A stretch of 63,990 bases of DNA, counting the filler, from Dirinaria sp. TL-2023a (Eukaryota), in the NCBI GenBank assembly GCA_051941275.1. It is 7 parts of 7 records of this genome, joined end to end, with 100 filler letters (N's around TTAATTAATTAA, not from the genome) between each part and the next. Parts side by side here need not be neighbours in the genome. Positions count along the whole stretch, not along the records: positions 9,372 to 18,607 come from JAVEBF010001076.1; positions 18,708 to 27,940 come from JAVEBF010001077.1; 5 more parts are not named here. One strand, 5' to 3'. Of the stretch, positions 12,199 to 24,599 are shown piece after piece. Position numbers and translations under genes: made by a program. The notes under the pieces are model-generated. The model made no database searches. It saw nothing but the letters and a program-made list of their open reading frames with translations, and had not been told where the DNA came from. Every line of letters begins with the position of its first letter. Position 1 is the first letter of the stretch.

Positions 12199-14636
12199 TT
12201 TGATTGGAGGGTGTGTGTTTGAATGAATGTCGGAAGATGATAAGCTTGTATGGTTTGAACTGATATTTTGAGTGTCTGAATCTGGAGAGAGAGGACTTTC
12301 AAAGAGTGATGACGAAGTCCATTTATATAAGCCTTTTCTCATTCCCTCCTGGCGCCCACTTGTCCAGGAAGAACAATCACCTGCTCGATCAAAAATAAGC
12401 GTGATAGCTCTGAGCCGGGCGACTATTCCAGTGCAGCGTATCCCATGCCTTTCCAAAGATCGATGCACTTTTCAGGGGCACGCATGCTTTTGGTGGCAAG
12501 AGTAGGGTTGCGGGTATATCCAAGACTGATATAGCTTTCTCAACGGACATTGGGTCTCTCAAGCTTAGGTTGAATGAGTAGCAGGTTTGGTGCTGATCGA
12601 GACCCGGGTCATTTGACGACAGCTCTAGAGAATCCATTCATACATGGACGAGTTCAAAAAGATAAGTGCTGTCATTTCTTTGAGCTGACGTTTCGTTATG
12701 CTTCAAGATAACGCGGAGAAAAACGGCGCAGACATTGCACTTAATCACGATTTTCCATCTCCAGTTTATGGCACGTACAAATTGTTGACTGATATTGTAT
12801 GGTGCGTAAATGGTCGCCTGATCGCCCGAGAAAGGCCTTCCACAGCTCAAACAGCTCACAATCTAGGGGCACAAGCAACAAAAGGCGTTGCATGACGACT
12901 GGAGGGATAAATAATTCTGTGAGTGTCCCAGTAGCTCTTTCCAGGATTGAAAAAGCGCACTCATTTTGATCAAACAAATGCTAAACCAGCATAAAGTTTG
13001 CCGTCCATGTTAAAGGAAGGTGCGTAAGGGAGGATTCGTCTCATGATTTCTGGTCCAGAATTGTAGCTTCTTATCATAGAGCACCTTGCCACAAGCGTTG
13101 GCAGGCAGTGCAATAGCTTAAAGCACATAAGATCGTCTGACTGGAAGAAGTGCATTCACAATGATTGGCCAACTCTAATTATCGCCTACTACCAGACTTC
13201 GTATCAATACAGCGCGGTCTGCGAAAATAATTCCGACGCTTTCATGCGAGATAAAAATTTGCAGCTTTGGACTTATTTACCTTGAGATCAGCACAATAGT
13301 AAATGTGAAGGCCTAAGCTATCTTTGGAGCTATGAAGATTATCGGAGGTTGAGCTCAGACTTAGCATGGTCGCCATCTTAGTAGATGAAGAGAGGCGCGT
13401 AAGCGTAGAATTAGCGTGTATATCGTCGATGATTGGGTTCAATATGACTGTTCGCCTATATTTAGGTACATGGCCTGCATTCCATGAGTTTCAGGTAAGT
13501 AGAAAGACTCCGTCCTGGATTTGCAGCTATCGAGAAGTAGATGAGAGTGAACCCCTCGAATAATCACCTGAGATTCTACGTTGATTTAATTCTCCGTATG
13601 ATGCATTGTCCAAGGTACGAATCTTGCCGGATGGTTTCTGAATTGGTGAAATGGAATAGATGTGGCGCCACAGTACAATACTGCGCCTGCATCTAATATG
13701 TGCAGAAGTGTTGCAAATTACTATACCATGAAAGTTTTTCACTCCCTTACATGCACAATTATATGCACATTTGCATGCCAGGATGGTCGTGATGGCGCAA
13801 TTTCCAACGCTGTTGCAGAGCACGGTGTCGCCCTGAAAGGTATCATGGCTCTGGAAGATAAGTATTTTAAGCTGCTGGTGTGAGGAAAATCTTTGCATGA
13901 AGTTGCGCGGTCAATGGGGTTTCTTTGCTTATATGGTTGGCTCAGACAACCCTACCTCAAGTGAAAAGACTCAGAAGGAGCTAGAATAGAAGCGCATCCA
14001 GATCGGCTAGCTGGAAGATCTGGAAGCCAACTATTTCTCTTAAATATTCGCCGGCGCTGGAAAAGGCCAGCTGGTTGCATCAATAGCCATGAACTCAGTG
14101 AGTAGGCGTGGTTTGCTTTATCAAAGCCCGTCAGCTGAGAATCGTCTTGCCCTGTCATATTCTGGTTGACTCGATCTAGGTTCGTTCGACGCTTCTGTGA
14201 ACACCCTATAGATTGACGATCGTTCAGCTACTCATGATACACACCTGATGATTTCTCCAAGCGGAAATGGTAGCCTTCGCATTGAGCGAAGCCGACAGCT
14301 GATCCTCGAAGCGATCTTCTTTTTCACCTAGTCAGTGCAAGCAGCTTGAATTCGCGTATGATGTTGCTGGTAGTGCGCTGTCTTGTTTTTTCTCTTCACT
14401 AGAGTGGTACGGCCATTGCTTGCAAGTCTCTGAGACTTTACGAACCATGGTGCGGAACCGAAAACTTATCCAGGCTGGTTATTTCGAAGGGTCGGAGACT
14501 TAACTTCCATGATGTTGTGGTCGCTTACGTTCCCTCCCAAATTAGACGCATGATTTTCTTAGCTTTGCCATTTCACTCTTACAATCCAAGGAAAGTCCCT
14601 TTGGACATGCATCTCAGCGGTGCCCCGCTGACGCCA

Positions 14637-17088
14637 CTAGCCATCTGTAGGTCTCAGCAGTAGTTGTTGTTCATCTTCTTCCACCTTCACTATCCTCTTC
14701 CAAACCCCTGCATCTTGAACGCCACTGGAAGTACACTTAAAGTCCGGCGCCGCGGGGGAACTCCACGCCAATGCCACCAACTGACCCGCATCAGAGCATC
14801 CTCCGTATACGCGGCCAGTGATCGCTAGTAGAACAATATGTGTCGCCGCCACAATCACATATGCAATCAAGACCGCTGCTGCGAAAATAGTCGGCAGACT
14901 CTCAAAACCGTAGCCGTAGCCGTTTCGCTGCACTGTGAATGTGATCTCGCTATAACCATTCTGTGGAGCCCACTCGTTCCATGGCAAGATCGAGCTATTC
15001 CATCGAGAGCCACGAGTTTCAACCCAATCAAGCTGGCCATTTTTATAGCCTCTCTTTGGCTCCGAGTCATTGATGTCGTTGAGGTAGCGAACGTACGAAT
15101 GTGAGGAGTCCTTTGCTTGGCGGTACAGCATAGAACCTCGATAACTATCCTGAAAAGCTCGTGCAAGAGCTTCAGTGGTATAAAGACCAAGCACCGTTGA
15201 CAGTCTCCAGTCGATGGACTTCATCACGTAATATAGGGAGGGTTCAGGCTCGGGGAAGATCTCGTATGGTTGACCAACCTTGTCGGCGCTGCCAAGTTTT
15301 CCAAGCAAAAATTCCACCACAGATGTAGGCGGGTCACCTAGTGCTAAGTAATCCACATTTATTGTATTGGCCCATTCAAGAGACATTTTCATTTTGACCA
15401 GGTCGTTGAAAGCTACTTTCGCTGTTCCATTCAACATATCCATCGGATTTGGTGAAGATTGATAGAGGGTGACCGTGTCTCTAGGGTCTATGTAGAGCTA
15501 GAGGTGTTTTAGCTAAGTACTAAGAGAGCCTTTGCTGGGTGCCAAAGCTTCAATAATAGCTGAGAAAAGAGACAGATAAGGGCCTTACCTCGACTGGTGC
15601 CCATCGTCCGTCGATTGAACACGCAGTTAAAGCATCCTGTTGTCCAGTTTCATTCCTTGCTCTGTAGAGTATAACGGCACCAAGCGAAGGCGCTCCCTGA
15701 GCAGAGAAGTTTGAGGCAGCATCGAACCAGTCAAAAAGTATGTGGGGATGCTGAGTATCGTTCATATCGCCAATTTTACTATCATTGCCTTTCAGATTCA
15801 AGATAAAAGCATTGGGAAGTTTCCACGTCTCGTGCTTAGAGTGGTCCAACGGTGGTGTCAACAATTCGTCATGTGGAAAAGCGAAGTTTCCATTTGCCCA
15901 GTCAGGTTCCAACCACGTCTGACACTGGGTTTGGACAAGGGGCTTCTTGAGCTTCATGGTTGAATTGACGAAGTGTGGTCGAATCAAAGGCCGAGCAATC
16001 TTCGTTGGCAGGGTTGTATTCTCAACCAACCATTCCCAGTAATGGACGAGATCTCTAGCAAATATTGAACTGGCTGTTGACGTCACTGTCCAGCTGGAAT
16101 TGTCGGGAGGACCACCTTGAGAGGTCAGATATCTTATGATTTCAGAATCCTGAAAGATAGTGATGTTCGGTTTTGTGCCTTGATCTTGGTGATCCGTGAT
16201 CCAACTGCCCACAGAATCCATGGCTCTCACCGCACAGTCTTGATTATCAAAATTCACTGGACGACAAGATGTGGTATTTGCATAGATGGTATTTGTGATA
16301 TCCTGCGGCCAGAGTTCGTCCTCCGTTCTATTGAAATATACCCTGTCCTTGTATTCATTTCCAAAAGCCTTCGTTTGCGGGACGTCCCACCAATCCAGCC
16401 TCGGAATCATAGCAACAGCTGAAGATGGCCCAACGACCAAAGTAAGTAAAATACCAACAAGGATGAGAATACTGATTGGGTAGAAACGCCGGCCGCCGTC
16501 CGAATGCTTCCGTACTACTGAAGGTCCTAAAAATTGCTTTGTGCAAAGATAGAACGGCTCGCCAAGTTTGAAACCTCCTGTCAGCAGACCGAAAGGCAGC
16601 CCCTGGTTGTCACTAAGGCCATGCTGAACTTGATGGATGACTATCGCGGACAGCGATGCAGTCATCATGATCTCGTGAGCTTTAGCGGCGTACTGCAAGG
16701 CCTGAAGGATTGCTTTTTGGTGGGGAAGACCCAAGTCCTGCCAATAGACTCCGAAGATGTTGAGACCAAGAACAATTAAAGTCACAGCTAGAGGGATTGC
16801 ATGAAGCAAGCATTGCACTATGCTTGGGCCTCGTCATTTTTTGAAAGCGGCTTTCGACTTCGTGACACCTTGATCAGTCGTCGTTGCGTAAGAAGAAGTT
16901 GGCGCCAAATGCGGCTTCTGTGTTGGACGGTTTGGCTCATCACTCGTAGCTTGCTCGACTTTGGGAGGACCAGAACTCATGGGTCTCCGATCCACGTCGT
17001 CACCGAGGCGTGATGCTGATGGCAGGCGCTGATATTTGCCCATATTGTTCCTACCCACAGAATCCAATTCGATCCCCGTAGCAGCCAT
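14637..17088 (-). pseudogene. Uncharacterised fungal multi-pass membrane glycoprotein (about 786 codons) with one in-frame TGA at 16834-16836
   Basis: ORFs 16834-17088 and 15550-16818 share a frame; intron 15498-15588 (GTAAGG..TAG) joins in frame to ORF 14637-15443; several hydrophobic helices and NxS/T sites. Confidence 0.7.
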
Positions 17089-18607
17089 ACCTGATTCTTG
17101 AAGGTTATATGATACGGATATGTATATCGCAAATTTAACCGGGGAAGAAGCAGAGCATAGGTAAGGTATGCTGAGATGGTTTACAAATCCACAAGCACCA
17201 ACAATACTTCCTTCCTGATGGACTCAGAATAGCGCCAAACATTGAGAAGTATACTACCTTAAGGCAGTTGAAGGGCTCGCTAGATGATCGAAACATATCA
17301 TTATTAAGAGCGCTGGGGATTCGATCTGATCGGCACTATGCTACCGCATTTGGATGACAGAAGTTGCTTCTTTAGGTCACTCCATCTGCAGGATGTCGTT
17401 AAGTCCAATGCCAAGACGACAATACTCTTGACAGATGACTCGGAGATGATCAGGCAGGTGTGTTGATGGGGCCAATCACACACATATAGCAATGTACGGA
17501 GGTCACCCCGTCCTTTTTGCCTCCTTCTCGTCATTGTCGCTGTCGCACACCTATAATGTTGATTTTAAGTACGGCCACCCATCCACTCTATACCCCGGTC
17601 GCTTCAAATTGAGAAAACTCGCAGTCCGCATCGTGGCAAACCCAATGACTCTTACGTGCTTTTGGAGTTCATTGGCTATTGCTCTAGGGAAGGTGAGGTT
17701 CGATCGAGCGATCGGAGTTATGATGGAGTGTCCATGCTGGCCCACCACACACACGCACAGACAGATGTTTGGGGGTGTGTGTTGTCGGTACCATACACCA
17801 AAGCTCCTCCTCGTCCTTCTTATTACGACCTCCGTTCGCTCTTTTAGGTTAACGCTCAATTCGGCTTCCGCCTATCAAACTGCGTCATCCTGCACGCTGA
17901 GTCCGACGTGCACATGCCTACATCGCAACACACACGCCACGGAATCACAAATCCGAACCTCGTAGAGTATTAAAACGTATGTTGATTAATGGAAAAATGT
18001 CCTACGTGCAGGAGAAAATCCTCGATTTGCATACAATGGGATCGGAGTAAATTTGCGGGAGACTTTTATAAATGCCGAATCAATGAGAGATCTAGCTTAG
18101 GGTTTAACCCTAATATTTTTTTCTTTCTTCAGGAAGAGGAGTAAAATCGATGACCTTCGTGAGACGCAGCTGTCGGGATCAGGTTCTATCTAGCAACAAT
18201 AAAGTGTGTGGAATAACTGTACGCTTCCTTTCAGGGGAGGGAAAAATTTAGGCTCTTTTTCCGTCTCCTACCTATCTTATACGCGTAGAACCTAGTAGCA
18301 TAATCCAAGCCAGTAGGGCTGAGTGCAATTCCTAAAGCGGGCTAGAAACTGTTTTTCCATGAGCAGCATATGGGCCGTTTTTCGTGAAAGGGTTGATGAT
18401 TGATTTAGTAGTACTTTACAATCCGTACGGTTTATGTCACTCGAGAAAGGGCCCATGTTATGCCCAGACTCACTTCCTCTCCTCCCCTCCTCCGCCCGAA
18501 ATAGCCAGGAACGCAACCGCGGCGAGAAGCCACCAGTACCTGTGAATATCGATTAATTTTCTTCAAAATCTCTCTCCTCCTTCATTTTGCCAATCCAGCC
18601 TTCTTGC

Positions 18608-18707
18608 NNNNNNNNNNNNNNNNNNNNNNNNNNNNNNNNNNNNNNNNNNNNTTAATTAATTAANNNNNNNNNNNNNNNNNNNNNNNNNNNNNNNNNNNNN
18701 NNNNNNN
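18608..18707. other. Artificial contig spacer
   Basis: 44 N + TTAATTAATTAA + 44 N. Confidence 0.99.
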
Positions 18708-20818
18708 ATCCTCCGTCGGCGCAACGTCCGACTCATCGGTTTCGAATAACGTAAGTTTTGCCGCATCGGGTCTGAAAATGACTGCCAATACCAAGTTGAT
18801 TTCGGCATAGGCCAAACTAGCATCTTTCGTGAGTCCAAGGGTATTTACGAAAGGATGAATTCGAATTTATGGAAGATGGTTTTGTGGCAGGGCTGGAAAG
18901 AGGGGGGAAGGTGGAGTTCTTTCCTTACTTCATGCCCAAACAGCTCCTCGACCCTCTGCTGAAAGGAACCCAATTTCGGTTCATTTTGGGGTCATAATCG
19001 CCTAGCCAGCGCTCGGGGACGAATTTCAAAGGTTCTGGATAGACTTCAGGATCGGTATGCATTCCGTATGATGCCATTCCGACGGGGGTGTTTTTGGGGA
19101 CCGTCCATTGCTTATATTGGAGCGCAACATCCGGAGAGCAGCGAGGGAGACGACGCATCACGCCGAAGCTCAAGCTATTTATCAGCCATCGGTTAGCTGA
19201 AACTTTATCTCAAACAGATTCCACACCAGAGAGATCGTACCGAAGACCTTCTCTGATGATAGCCTGCAAGTACGGCAACTTCTCCAAGTCAGACCATCTG
19301 GGCAAGTTATGAGGATAGTCAGCCATGATATCTTTCAGCTCGTTTCCGAGGCGTTCCCGTATAGGTGGATTGTGGAGAATGTGGTAAGACATGATATCCA
19401 ATGCCCGTGAAGTCGTAACTGTCCCGGCGCCATGGAGTATTTGAGCTTCTTGACTCAGCCGTTCAATCGAGCGCTCGGATTCAGGCATGTCGCTGGAATT
19501 GATGTGTCGAAAGATGGAAGTCGTCGCGCTCTCGTGCTCCTTTTCAGGACTGGGCTTCTCGCGCTTTGAATCTTCAATGTGCTGTATTGTGAGCTGGAGA
19601 TGGTTGTGAGCTGGTGACCGGCATAATGAAGGTTTCTCAGGATTTTGAAAGGGAAAGGGGAAATTGTGAGATATTACCTCTCGGAACGAATTGAATTTTG
19701 CGGCTCCTGGAGAGACGCGGCATAGGATTTTTATTGGTATCATTCGAACCAAGCTGTTTCTGTTAGAGGCCATGCGGATACCTTGCTACAACGAAACTTA
19801 CGACATCAACAGAGGGAAATGCATGAACACAATACCCTGCCTTCCCAATCCCTCAATCAAGTCGTTCCTATTTTTGTCCCATTACCAAATCTCCTGACGA
19901 GGTCGGAATTTCACGACAACTTACCACTGCGCAGCAAAATCAGCTTGTTCCATCATCTTCGGCGGCGTCTCACAGAGGATCTTTCCAATCACATCCCCAG
20001 CGAATGCAGCGAACACATGATCAAGTCGAACAAATTTTCTCGACCCTCTCAACTCTTCCAGTCGGGTGTCTAATAGCTTAACCTTTTCAACTATCATCCC
20101 TTCAATCCTGTCGATGCCAAGACGGGAAAAGAAGGGCTCAAGAGGCTTGCGGCGGCGGCGGTGCAACTCGTGGCTAGCACTCATTGTATGGGAGCCTTCT
20201 CGAATTAAATCAGGCACGAGGAGATAGGCTGAGAGAGACCATACCGTCTAAGCCGATACCTGTCCTGTAGCGAGACCAAATCTCTGTGCGGCGGGTGTTG
20301 CCGGCGACGTAAAGCTCGTTGTAGAAGTCGGGGTCATTGATCACGATTTCGTTGGGATTGATTCTGACGATAGGGCCTATTTCACATGAATAATCCTCAG
20401 TCGCGATATCGTCGGATGTTTGAAGAAAAGAAAATCTGAGATCATTGACAGGGAGACGCCCGCCAGGCGTAGAAAGATTCGTTTTGAATCGTTGCAGACT
20501 GCATGAGATTGAAAGGGAAAAGGCGAATGATAATGATAAATATACTATACCGTATTTCTTATGCATCTCCTGGATCAGATATACATAGCTTCCCCTTCTT
20601 ATTACATCATAATAGAACTCATACCATCCAGTAGCAGCTGCAATTCTCGGGCCGGGAAAGCCTGCCAATGGATCAAAGTAGAGACGATAGATGACCAGTG
20701 AAAGGCCGTAAATGCACAGGGCCGCGCCGAGAGCTGTAGCAAGCATACCATATTTTGCCAGCACGGAGCTTTCGGAGGCAAAGGACTGGACTTTGTTGAA
20801 TAATGAGTAATCTTCCAT
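18708..20818 (-). CDS. Cytochrome P450 (trichodiene oxygenase/CYP58-like), multi-exon, 3' end cut by contig edge
   Basis: N-terminal TM anchor and PLAGFPGP, GPIVRINPNE, I-helix GAGTVTT, EGLR (ExxR), FVPERW, heme motif FSRGSRSCLG; canonical introns; last exon LAYAEINLVLA runs into the spacer. Confidence 0.93.
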
Positions 20819-21711
20819 GGTTGCTATTGCTTCCTAATTTTGATGTGAATTCAAGATCTCTTAGAGAGTTCCAAAGGTAAAAGAGACATGCGGGGCGGGG
20901 TAACAGTATAGAAAATATATAAACATCGACAAAGGATTTAGTTGGTTGTCTTTACCCTGTTGAGGTAAAGACAAGTACAAGTAGTGGGGGCGGGGTACCT
21001 TAGGAGTCTAATCAAAGCAACAACGGCCTCGCGAGTTTAGGTAGCTACGATTTTATCGAGGATAATCCTTCGAGTTTAGACCCTTTCGAGCTTCAACATG
21101 TCAAGCGCGCATACAAGCTCTCGTGGCGGCGGCTAACAAGCCCGAGCGTTACTGAACAAGTCCGCGCTCTTCTTATCCATGGTTTGAGGCATCGAATCGT
21201 GGAAGGGCCCGTTTCCCATGGGTCGAGCCGTGCGAGTGTCACTATCGCCAAATATGGGATTGGCTCATGTCAGAATCGATCCCTTATGGAGCTGATGCAG
21301 TAGTCACGCTATAGTGCGTCGATTTGCCCATTTCTTAATCAGCGGGTCAGGTACAAGGCTCGTTCAAAGAGCTCATGCACCCAACCTATGTCAGCAATCG
21401 CGTCCCTTACGTCGCCAGACCCAACGACCAGATTGCTGGTCATGTTGCTGCATCTCCCGACGTTGGTTGATAACTTGCTGCGCTCCGAGCGCTAGTATGC
21501 GGTATGCCTGCCACCCTCGAAGCTGCCAATCATTGCTTCCTCCGTGCTGCATTTTAATTGACATCGCATCAATGACTGAAATATCTCAGATACGTCGCAT
21601 ATCGCAGGAATTTCGAGCAATGTAGTTGCCATAAAGTTAATTCAACAGTCCCCATGGACTTCGACGTGCGAAAGCGTCTCGATTGTGTTCGATCGTGGAT
21701 TTGCAGTGAGA

Positions 21712-22746
21712 ATGCGCCTCATCATTGCATGGTCCTTGTGGCTGTGCGCAACTCTAGCAATCCAACGAGTCTTTTCTGTGCCGTTGGTCTCTATCGAAAG
21801 GGCCGTGCAAGGAGAACGGGTAACATTTGCAGAAAAAGCACACACCAAGGATGTGACTGTTCGAGGTGCTGGGAATTCTTCCCTCGGTACTGGCAACCTC
21901 ACCAAGATCCTCCCGGCTAAAGCATTCAGCGCCGTGCCCCCGGAATTCAGCATCATCCCTTTGACTTTTGGCCGTCCCGTCAGCGCCTCAACCTACTTCC
22001 TCACAGTCATCGAAAACTTCGCACAACTTTCAAAACGCAACCTGTATGAATACTTCAGCGACTGGCACGGAACCGGGGTTATTGAGGTGCTCGGCCCACC
22101 TTTGGCTATGCGGGCATGGCCCACAACTAGCATGCCCGTCCGCCTAAGAATGGTCTATTACGCCCTGGTAAAGCTCTCTGAAGAACAATTCCTAGCCCAG
22201 ACGGGTCTAAGGGAGATGCGCGTAAAGATAGTGTTCGCCGGCCGTGCAATCGCGAGGCTGGATATTTCATCTCGGGAAGGGCCGGCTGTCCCAATGCTGT
22301 CAGCTGTACCCGGGAATGATACCATAGCGGCGTTGGAATTCCCCCTCATCGAGGGGTTGCGTGGTCCAAAAGAAGTTTCAGCCCGTGACATTGTCATGCG
22401 GTATGAATGGGACGTATCCTCCCCGCTCGATCAGATTGCCACCTTAGGTGGCCTTACACAAGCCATAGCCGTGTGGATCCCTGAAGGCGTCGAAGCTTAC
22501 CAAGAAGGGTTTCAGCTTGAAGCGTACGGGCTAAGCTTCACGGTTTTAAACATCGCACTGGAGAGCAGAAGACCGTACGAGGTGGATAATGATCACTGGA
22601 TAGGCGTTGTGCGATCGGCGGCATTCCAGCAAGCGAGGGTGGGTGGATATTGTGGATTGAAATTGGAATTCTTGGAGCATGGGCAACTTATTGGTACTTT
22701 CACTTATACAAGGGCGGATAACGGACGAGACCGAGGTCTGGGATGA
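21712..22746 (+). CDS. Putative secreted protein (about 344 aa), unknown function
   Basis: Long intact ORF; ATG at 21712 gives signal-peptide-like MRLIIAWSLWLCATLAIQRVFSVP; N-glycosylation sequons. Confidence 0.7.
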   Translation: MRLIIAWSLWLCATLAIQRVFSVPLVSIERAVQGERVTFAEKAHTKDVTVRGAGNSSLGTGNLTKILPAKAFSAVPPEFSIIPLTFGRPVSASTYFLTVIENFAQLSKRNLYEYFSDWHGTGVIEVLGPPLAMRAWPTTSMPVRLRMVYYALVKLSEEQFLAQTGLREMRVKIVFAGRAIARLDISSREGPAVPMLSAVPGNDTIAALEFPLIEGLRGPKEVSARDIVMRYEWDVSSPLDQIATLGGLTQAIAVWIPEGVEAYQEGFQLEAYGLSFTVLNIALESRRPYEVDNDHWIGVVRSAAFQQARVGGYCGLKLEFLEHGQLIGTFTYTRADNGRDRGLG

Positions 22747-24599
22747 AGCTTCGAGCTATTAGCACGTCACAAGGAAACCGTCCCTCGAAACCGTGACAGG
22801 GTGATTATTTCCATTTCCTTGGATTGAGCGCACGTACAGCATATGCGCAGTCTCTATCAGGTCCTCCATGCGTAGCATTTGTCAGATGTATGACCCAGCT
22901 GAGAGTCGCTCAAGGCGTCAACAATAGTCACGTTATATCGCGAGAAGCTTAAAACCCGTATATTGTTCGTCGCCAGCGCCACACGACTGATGCTGTTTTA
23001 ATCTTGAGCATACCCGTGACCAACCCCAACCGAGAGTTTCTGGTACAGCTCGTATCAAACAGGCGTGGGGACACTCTTGAGCTTCGGCCAAGTGGTTTTG
23101 AGGAATATTGCGCTATTGATTGACGTCCAAAAATAATTTTCCGATTCAGATTCGAGCTCTTTCGCGGTCACCGATTCCTTGTCATTCATGAGGATTGTAA
23201 TACGGATCGCATATCATTGCAATTCTGGCTCGTCAAGCGCGGCTGCTGAGCTTGTGCATAAAGCACATAGCTTCATTCAAAGTAAAGCACGGTTGTCTTC
23301 TGGTGCCGTATGCGGGTTCATATTGAATGAATCGAATTGAGCGAAGAGAAGCTTCTTGCCATTGTAGACTACCGCACCTGAAAAGTCAGCGAGGCTGAGT
23401 TGGATGGAGTTGAGGGTCAGAGGAGTGAATGCCGAGAAACCGTCATAGGTCGTCTGGAACTCCCTAAGGGTTAAGTGCGTTAATGCTAGGGTCGAGAAAG
23501 TAATGAACATAGAGCTGTTCAGTTTTCCTTGATTTCCTGGACTTATAGAAAATTTAAAAGCGCGGTGATCTAGCGAAACACGCATTTGAATGAAGGCCAT
23601 GAATTCCAGGCTGCTTGTCTTGCTGAGCGTCTAGAGATGCGGAGGCATATGTGCTAAAGTGCGAAAGCCTCAAAAAAAAAAGTAAAGTTACGTCTCAAAG
23701 TTCTGCCGCGACTCATGCCCTAGTGAGGTGTTTCTCAACGTCGCTTTCCATAGACTGCTGATGGAACAAGAATGCAGGAGGGTGAGCGAATGCGTTACAA
23801 TGAATCTTGAGTATTTCCATGACGATCTATATCACGTGATTGGGCAACGTTTCCACAGCCACATGTTTCTCCCTTGTCATTGTCTTCGTCGATTGGGTAC
23901 CCCTGAGAGCCTCCACTTCCACCTTCTGTGCAATCCTGAGCGTGTTCATGCGCGCTTCGTACCTTTTCCCTACGACGGTGGCTTGGCGCGGCAGTCGCTG
24001 GAGCAAGTGGTAAGGCATAAGTACGTAGTACCAGTTCTTCCAACTTTGTAGGAGATGTGCAATATCGTATATAGTGTCCTAAGCATCGGATACCCAAAGT
24101 CAAGGCTTGCAGCAGATTTCCCGCGAGATTCCAATCCACAAGTCGAGGAGAAGATTGACCTACATTGATCAAACGAGAGGGGGATTTGGTACCACAAGCC
24201 AGTGTAACTATTAGTTGTTACAGGTCAGGTCTTCAGACCGTTTGCCTGAGCTATTGCGAGAATGGCAGTCATCCGACAACAGTAGAAATTGTTTGAGAAG
24301 TTCGATTAACGCGATATCTCCGTCCTATATGTGTTTTATTTAAGTATAGTAGCTGCCGAAGTCGTCGCTCCAAAGGAAGCAGAAACGTTGGTCAGATAAC
24401 GAGCTCATAAAGCTGTTTCATATACGGATAGCATAGTTCCTACCTTCACCTAGTGTGTATGTCTGCCGTTCCCTTTTCTAGCGTAGATTGCGTCAAGCAC
24501 CCTTGCACCATCGATTCCTCTAGCCTGCATTGTGTGCCGATCTCTGTATACGCTATGCCAAAAAGCGAATGCGAACGAGAATTCTTGAGCCTTGTGATC

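Noticed and set aside
12300..14500. Scattered short ORFs in the middle of contig 2
   Set aside because: No recognisable motif or consistent spliced frame; may be gene relics but cannot be supported.
18105..18113. TAACCCTAA as a telomerase RNA template
   Set aside because: Its perfect complement lies immediately 5' and would sequester it; no pseudoknot or CR4/5 recognised. A covariance-model search would be needed to exclude it fully.
23277..24200. Possible F-box-like relic (VETLPNHVI*) on the minus strand
   Set aside because: Similarity is too short and the frames too broken to call.
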